The notes under the pieces: generated by a model
Databases searched by the model: none
Told to the model about the DNA's origin: nothing
The model's input: the letters and a program-made list of their open reading frames with translations, nothing else
Program-made: the position numbers and the translations under genes
In this document: positions 15,886-20,000 of the stretch, one piece after another
Layout of the letters: each line of letters begins with the position of its first letter
How positions within the stretch are numbered: the first letter of the stretch is position 1
DNA from: an uncultured virus (IMG/VR IMGVR_UViG_3300009998_000035)
Lineage: Duplodnaviria > Heunggongvirae > Uroviricota > Caudoviricetes
Virus record (IMG/VR): IMGVR_UViG_3300009998_000035
Location: 56,373 to 76,372 of that record
Strand: one strand, 5' to 3'
Length of the DNA: 20,000 nucleotides

Positions 15886-16348
15886 AATTTTCCACCTTTA
15901 GGTAATCAGGTAAAATATCAATAGGATCTAATTTTTTCTTCACTACAGGAACATCCACGTGGTAATGGACCATATAAATCCTACGTAACCATCTTTCGTC
16001 CAAGTTTTCCTCGCGTGGTACACCATCGAACATTTGATGTAGGAATAAATTGTTCCCTAAGTAAACACCCATATGGTTGACTAAATCTGCACCCATTACA
16101 CGGAAAGCAATCAAATCACCTTCTTTAAAGTCTGTGACACACAAACCACGTTCTTGAAACTCTGGTTGAGCTGCGATTCTTGCATAAACATTGATTCGGG
16201 GATCAAAAAAATGCTTAGGACGAGCAAAGTTTGGTAGTTTAATACCATAACAGTTTACATAAAAGTCTCGGAGCAAACCAAAGCAGTCTGACTCACCCAT
16301 GACATAGTTTCTTTCCATCAAATCTTTATATTTAGAATATGGGACCAT
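15872..16348 (-). CDS. Stand-alone NlpC/P60 domain tail assembly protein (equivalent to the C-terminal half of lambda gpK)
   Basis: YVMGESDCFGLLRDFY (catalytic Cys), GDLI, NHMGVYLG..FLHQ (two His). Confidence 0.9.
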   Translation of the reverse strand: MVPYSKYKDLMERNYVMGESDCFGLLRDFYVNCYGIKLPNFARPKHFFDPRINVYARIAAQPEFQERGLCVTDFKEGDLIAFRVMGADLVNHMGVYLGNNLFLHQMFDGVPREENLDERWLRRIYMVHYHVDVPVVKKKLDPIDILPDYLKVENYVEQ

Positions 16349-16830
16349 TAGCTGTTCACACTCGAAAATTCTGGTGCGTAGTACGCACGTGGGGGAATAT
16401 TGGTGTTAGGACAATCTGATAAAGCACGTAATTTTAAGGAAATTTGTGTACTTACTGCAGCCACCTGGTACACCTGCCAAACAGAGGTTGAAATTACTTG
16501 GGCTTCTGGATCTCCCTCATAAGCAAATTGCATTTCATAATGCACAATCTGAGCATAGTCTAGGTTCTTACCCAACACATATTGGTTATATCGAAAATTA
16601 GGGTTTTCAAAATTAAACGTTGGTCGAACATATTCATTGGTAAAACTTTGACCTGCACCTTGAATAGCGCAAGATACATAAGGGTATTCATCACCTAAAA
16701 AATTCTCTACCGTAAACGTGTCACACATATAGATCTCATTTTGATCTACAGTAATCATCTTGAACAGATTTACTTTCTTAATCTGTTCAAGACGTGTGGC
16801 GTTTACAAGATTAATTTCCTGTACGCTCAT
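16348..16830 (-). CDS. Minor tail protein L-like (short form)
   Basis: EYPYVSCAIQGAGQSFTNEYVRPTFNFEN resembles the gpL Y..YPI...G.......RPTL.vsN segment; ISLKLRALSD.....IPPR; position between Dit and K-like genes. Confidence 0.75.
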   Translation of the reverse strand: MSVQEINLVNATRLEQIKKVNLFKMITVDQNEIYMCDTFTVENFLGDEYPYVSCAIQGAGQSFTNEYVRPTFNFENPNFRYNQYVLGKNLDYAQIVHYEMQFAYEGDPEAQVISTSVWQVYQVAAVSTQISLKLRALSDCPNTNIPPRAYYAPEFSSVNS

Positions 16831-17722
16831 AAGGTATATCCGAGTTAGTTGGTTCGTATGGTGTTTCGATTAAGGTTAATTCAACCGCTGAGATAATTCC
16901 TGTGTTCCCTTCAACTTTAGGAATACTCAATGGTTCTTTAAATCGAACAGGAATATATTCTCCCATATACTCTAACGTAAATCTCTTATTTAGACGATGT
17001 TTTAAGTAAAACATCTCCAAAAGAGCCATGTTTTGTTCAGCATGGAAACTGAAACTGATTCTATTTTGCTCATCAAAGAAATAGAGCAGACCACTACAGG
17101 TTAATTTTAGGGTTCTAATATCTCGACCAACTGAAACAAAACTAACAGTGTAGTTATTGGCTAAAGGAATAATGTTGGAATTATCGGGATACTCTATCTC
17201 AACATCATAATAACCAACTGGGAAAGCCAAGTCTCCGCTGTAATTTTCACCTTTGCTAAAAGTATAGTCCGTAGTTACAACTTCTTGTAATTCCAAGGTA
17301 AAACCCTGAACTGCTCCTGAACCACCTATCATTTTCTTAGGCAGAGATAGTGGTTTGGCAAAACGAACAACTACATCACCATACACAGGGTGGTTATAAA
17401 TAAAGGGTTTATAACTTTTGTGTCGAACGTAGAAATCCTTTAACTTGCTAAAATCTAACTCTGGACGATATGCCAATCCTGTGTGCTTCGCATAATCACT
17501 TTCTTGAAGCATAAGTAGCGGAAAATCTAGGGAAAATACCCGAACAGGTTTATTGACTGTGTAAGGTACAAACGATTGAGACCCTTCCGAACCAACGTGA
17601 CCGTGGGTGAAGGGCTCCACATACTTAGTACCAAAATTATGGTGGTCCCAAATGAATCGCTCAAGCGGAGAATCAGAAATGATTCTCCGTGTGAGACGTT
17701 GGGAGTAATCGAAATCACTCAT
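16811..17722 (-). CDS. Distal tail protein (gpM/Dit-like) built from two tandem domains
   Basis: Immediately follows the tape measure gene; LKDFYVRHKSYKPFIYNHP and VRF....LELQEV are gpM-like and recur ~140 aa later. Confidence 0.75.
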   Translation of the reverse strand: MSDFDYSQRLTRRIISDSPLERFIWDHHNFGTKYVEPFTHGHVGSEGSQSFVPYTVNKPVRVFSLDFPLLMLQESDYAKHTGLAYRPELDFSKLKDFYVRHKSYKPFIYNHPVYGDVVVRFAKPLSLPKKMIGGSGAVQGFTLELQEVVTTDYTFSKGENYSGDLAFPVGYYDVEIEYPDNSNIIPLANNYTVSFVSVGRDIRTLKLTCSGLLYFFDEQNRISFSFHAEQNMALLEMFYLKHRLNKRFTLEYMGEYIPVRFKEPLSIPKVEGNTGIISAVELTLIETPYEPTNSDIPYERTGN

Positions 17723-20000
17723 TCAGCAGCTACTCGCTTGATTAATTGTTTAAGTTCACCATTACGAGAAACATTATCTGCAACGGCAGTAACAATATCG
17801 TTTGGCCCAACTGTAGAAGGTACTGCACTTGGAGCTACAAGGTAAATATTACTTTCAACCTTTTTCTGCACGACTGGTCGTGACATTAGGTTATTTCCTT
17901 TCAATGCATTCATCATACCATGTGGGTCGTCTTTCAGTTTACTCAAAAATTCTCGACCAACCACGGAGGTGGTAGTTTTTGGTAAGTAATATTCACCTGG
18001 CATAGACATAATAGGTACTGAGTCTGTGTTTGGAACACCACCTACAACCTCGCCACCTTGAGCCATAGGTATGTAGCCCCCAGTATTAGATACAACAGGT
18101 CGAGAAACAATCGGTGCTGCCTGTGTACCTAAGCCGTAGGTTGTTGCACCAGAGGATTGAACCCCTGCCTGAGCAACTGCACTTGCGCCACCACCGCCAA
18201 AGTAACCTGCTACTGCCCCAATACCTGTTTGAATCAACATACCAAGTCCTTGCTGCCACCAACCTGAACCGTTGTTTACTGAACCGCCTTGGCCCATTAG
18301 TCGACCACTTAGAGCAGCACTACTTGATTGTTTAGCCCCACCGAAGATGAAATCAACCATCATGGATACAAATTTATTCACCATACGGTCTTGAACCACC
18401 TTAGCAAGTGTGGAGATGATCTCGTACCCAAATGCTTTGAAAGCTTCACGTGATTTACCTGAACCACCTGTGATGATTTTAAAGAAATCATCTACGTTAT
18501 CACTGGCTTCAATTGCAGTATTGATCAGGTTATGGAACGCTGAGTTAATACCACCAATGGTTGTTTCCAGATCTCGTTCTTGTCCTGCAGTAGATTCATC
18601 ATTTCGAACAGAGCGTCGAGCAATACTTTTCGCTGCGTCAGCAATGTTGTATTTATCTGCAGGAAGATCTGGACTTGCTGAATCCAATTTGTTCTGTAGT
18701 TCACGTGCGCGTTGTTGAAGTTTGAGAATATCATCACGGCTACCAAACATCTCTGATTTCAGCTTACGCATTTGTTTATCAAGATCAATCTTAGCCGATT
18801 CCAGTTCTTGACCAGTGAGGTTGTCTGCCAACAGTTTTGCTTGTTGTGATTGGAAATCTTCAAGTTTAATTTGCTGTTCAGCAATTTTAGCTTGAATCTT
18901 CTGCACTTGCTCAAGCGTAACATCCAACTCAGCCTTGGTGAAGTTCATATTCACTTCGTCAACAGTAGCTGCTTGACGTTGAATTGCAAGGTCTAAGTCT
19001 TCGCGTTCAATATTGGTAAACTGATCTTTGAAACGTGGATCGTCCATACCTGCACGACGGTTATGCATATCAGTCAACCCGAGTTGATCTTCCAACGACC
19101 ATGTAGAGGTAACTTGATTGAACTCATTAGTTTTCAAAGCATCTTGGAAAGGTTCATCCAATTGCTTCAATGCTTCTTTCATCTCATCAACAAACTCTGA
19201 GTTTTGCTTTTTAATCAAATCGGAGAATGCTTTACTAGATGCTTTTAACTGAGCTTTACGCTTTTGTTCAATATCCTTATCTATTGTCGCCAATTCTCGG
19301 TTCAAACGTTCTTCTGCAATAGCTGCTACGGTTTTCGAAACAGAATAATCTGTAGAATTGTTAGCATATTCAGTAGCTTGCAATACTTCCAATTCAGCTT
19401 TATTTTTTACTTGTTCTTGCTGCAAAGATTTAAGCTGATTGAATAATTTACCTTGCTTCGCATTGAACCCTTTCAAATCATTATCTTCTTCTGGGTTGAA
19501 AGCTTCTTTCATCTCAGATTGGACAAGGGCGATTTGAGTTTGGAGTTGTTCGCTTCGAAGATTTAATTCTTCTGTGCGTTCCTTACGAATCTGGTCTTGG
19601 TCTGAACGAGCAGCACGTAAAGAGTTATTGACTGCAGAACTTGTATCGCTCATTGCTGTAGCCACAGCTTTTTCCTGAGCGATCAAATCTTTATAACGAG
19701 CTTTTTGTTGATCATTCATGTCTTTAACATCTTTTGGCAGTGTTGCCAGTTGTGCTTTCACTTCCTCATGCAGTGATGTTAAAGAAGCCATGGCTGTAAC
19801 ATTTTTATTTAATTGCTCAGGCATTGCGTTGCGTTGGGTGATGACTTGACCAAAGCTACCTCGTTGTACTGCTTGCGCTGTAGAGAAAATACCTTGTGCA
19901 TATGTATTAGCTTCGGCTGTTCGCTGACCTCTACCAGTTTTTTTCTCATTTCTCCAATCGCCCGGACCCATGAAGTATGCGCGAGATCCGCTATATAGCG
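17719..20000 (-). CDS. Tail tape measure protein, C-terminal part (5' end outside the window)
   Basis: Frame stays open upstream of ATG 19971 to the window edge; long Q/E/K/A-rich coiled coil, Gly-rich hydrophobic segment and the typical TMP C-terminal motif AQGGEVVGG....DSVP....PGEY; precedes Dit. Confidence 0.9.
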   Translation of the reverse strand, partial: LYSGSRAYFMGPGDWRNEKKTGRGQRTAEANTYAQGIFSTAQAVQRGSFGQVITQRNAMPEQLNKNVTAMASLTSLHEEVKAQLATLPKDVKDMNDQQKARYKDLIAQEKAVATAMSDTSSAVNNSLRAARSDQDQIRKERTEELNLRSEQLQTQIALVQSEMKEAFNPEEDNDLKGFNAKQGKLFNQLKSLQQEQVKNKAELEVLQATEYANNSTDYSVSKTVAAIAEERLNRELATIDKDIEQKRKAQLKASSKAFSDLIKKQNSEFVDEMKEALKQLDEPFQDALKTNEFNQVTSTWSLEDQLGLTDMHNRRAGMDDPRFKDQFTNIEREDLDLAIQRQAATVDEVNMNFTKAELDVTLEQVQKIQAKIAEQQIKLEDFQSQQAKLLADNLTGQELESAKIDLDKQMRKLKSEMFGSRDDILKLQQRARELQNKLDSASPDLPADKYNIADAAKSIARRSVRNDESTAGQERDLETTIGGINSAFHNLINTAIEASDNVDDFFKIITGGSGKSREAFKAFGYEIISTLAKVVQDRMVNKFVSMMVDFIFGGAKQSSSAALSGRLMGQGGSVNNGSGWWQQGLGMLIQTGIGAVAGYFGGGGASAVAQAGVQSSGATTYGLGTQAAPIVSRPVVSNTGGYIPMAQGGEVVGGVPNTDSVPIMSMPGEYYLPKTTTSVVGREFLSKLKDDPHGMMNALKGNNLMSRPVVQKKVESNIYLVAPSAVPSTVGPNDIVTAVADNVSRNGELKQLIKRVAAE

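Larger units (their letters stand above)
1..20000. mobile_element. Segment of a tailed dsDNA bacteriophage genome (siphovirus-type tail module plus recombination/nucleotide metabolism module)
   Basis: Tight gene packing with TAATG/ATGA overlaps; tape measure-Dit-L-K-I-J tail order on the - strand; SbcCD, ThyX, dNMP kinase, NrdAB and a lone GroES on the + strand; no host-like operon context. Confidence 0.96.

Noticed and set aside
14792..16348. Ubiquitin-like conjugation (E1/E2) defence system
   Set aside because: The Ubl and JAB are the tail assembly I/K components in their normal tail context; no E1 or E2 gene is present.
1447..19998. Short alternative-frame and antisense ORFs in the track (e.g. 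1447-1686, 1954-2211, 2659-2898, 10282-10626, 14384-14584, 18410-18718)
   Set aside because: All lie largely within well-supported genes, lack recognisable motifs and look like shadow ORFs.
1..20000. tRNA, rRNA, CRISPR array, integrase or att site
   Set aside because: Intergenic gaps are short (at most ~140 nt) and show no cloverleaf or repeat-spacer pattern; no recombinase ORF.

Overview
The window is a contiguous, gene-dense, AT-rich segment of a tailed dsDNA phage (siphovirus with a lambda-like tail tip, probably lytic, probably infecting a Gram-negative host; the host is inferred, not shown). Two operons converge on a bidirectional terminator at ~11.56 kb. The + strand (1-11538) carries recombination and nucleotide-supply genes: a partial RecU-like resolvase, DEDDh 3'-5' exonuclease, GroES co-chaperonin, SbcD/SbcC (Mre11/Rad50-like) pair, a papain-like Cys-His-Asp protein, MazG-like NTP pyrophosphohydrolase, ThyX, dNMP kinase, and class Ia RNR (nrdA, nrdB). 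The - strand (11584-20000) is the end of the tail operon: tape measure (partial), tandem-duplicated distal tail protein, shortened gpL-like, NlpC/P60, JAB, gpI-like and gpJ-like tip protein. Most notable: (1) a promoter / leaderless 10-codon ORF / terminator cassette at 1299-1389 resembling an attenuator or small RNA, one of four terminator-like hairpins sitting just ahead of start codons; (2) a GroES lacking its roof loop; (3) a remodelled tail tip; (4) a ~72-aa non-intein insertion in NrdA. No tRNA, CRISPR array, integrase or transposase was seen. All family calls come from motifs recognised by eye, not from database searches.
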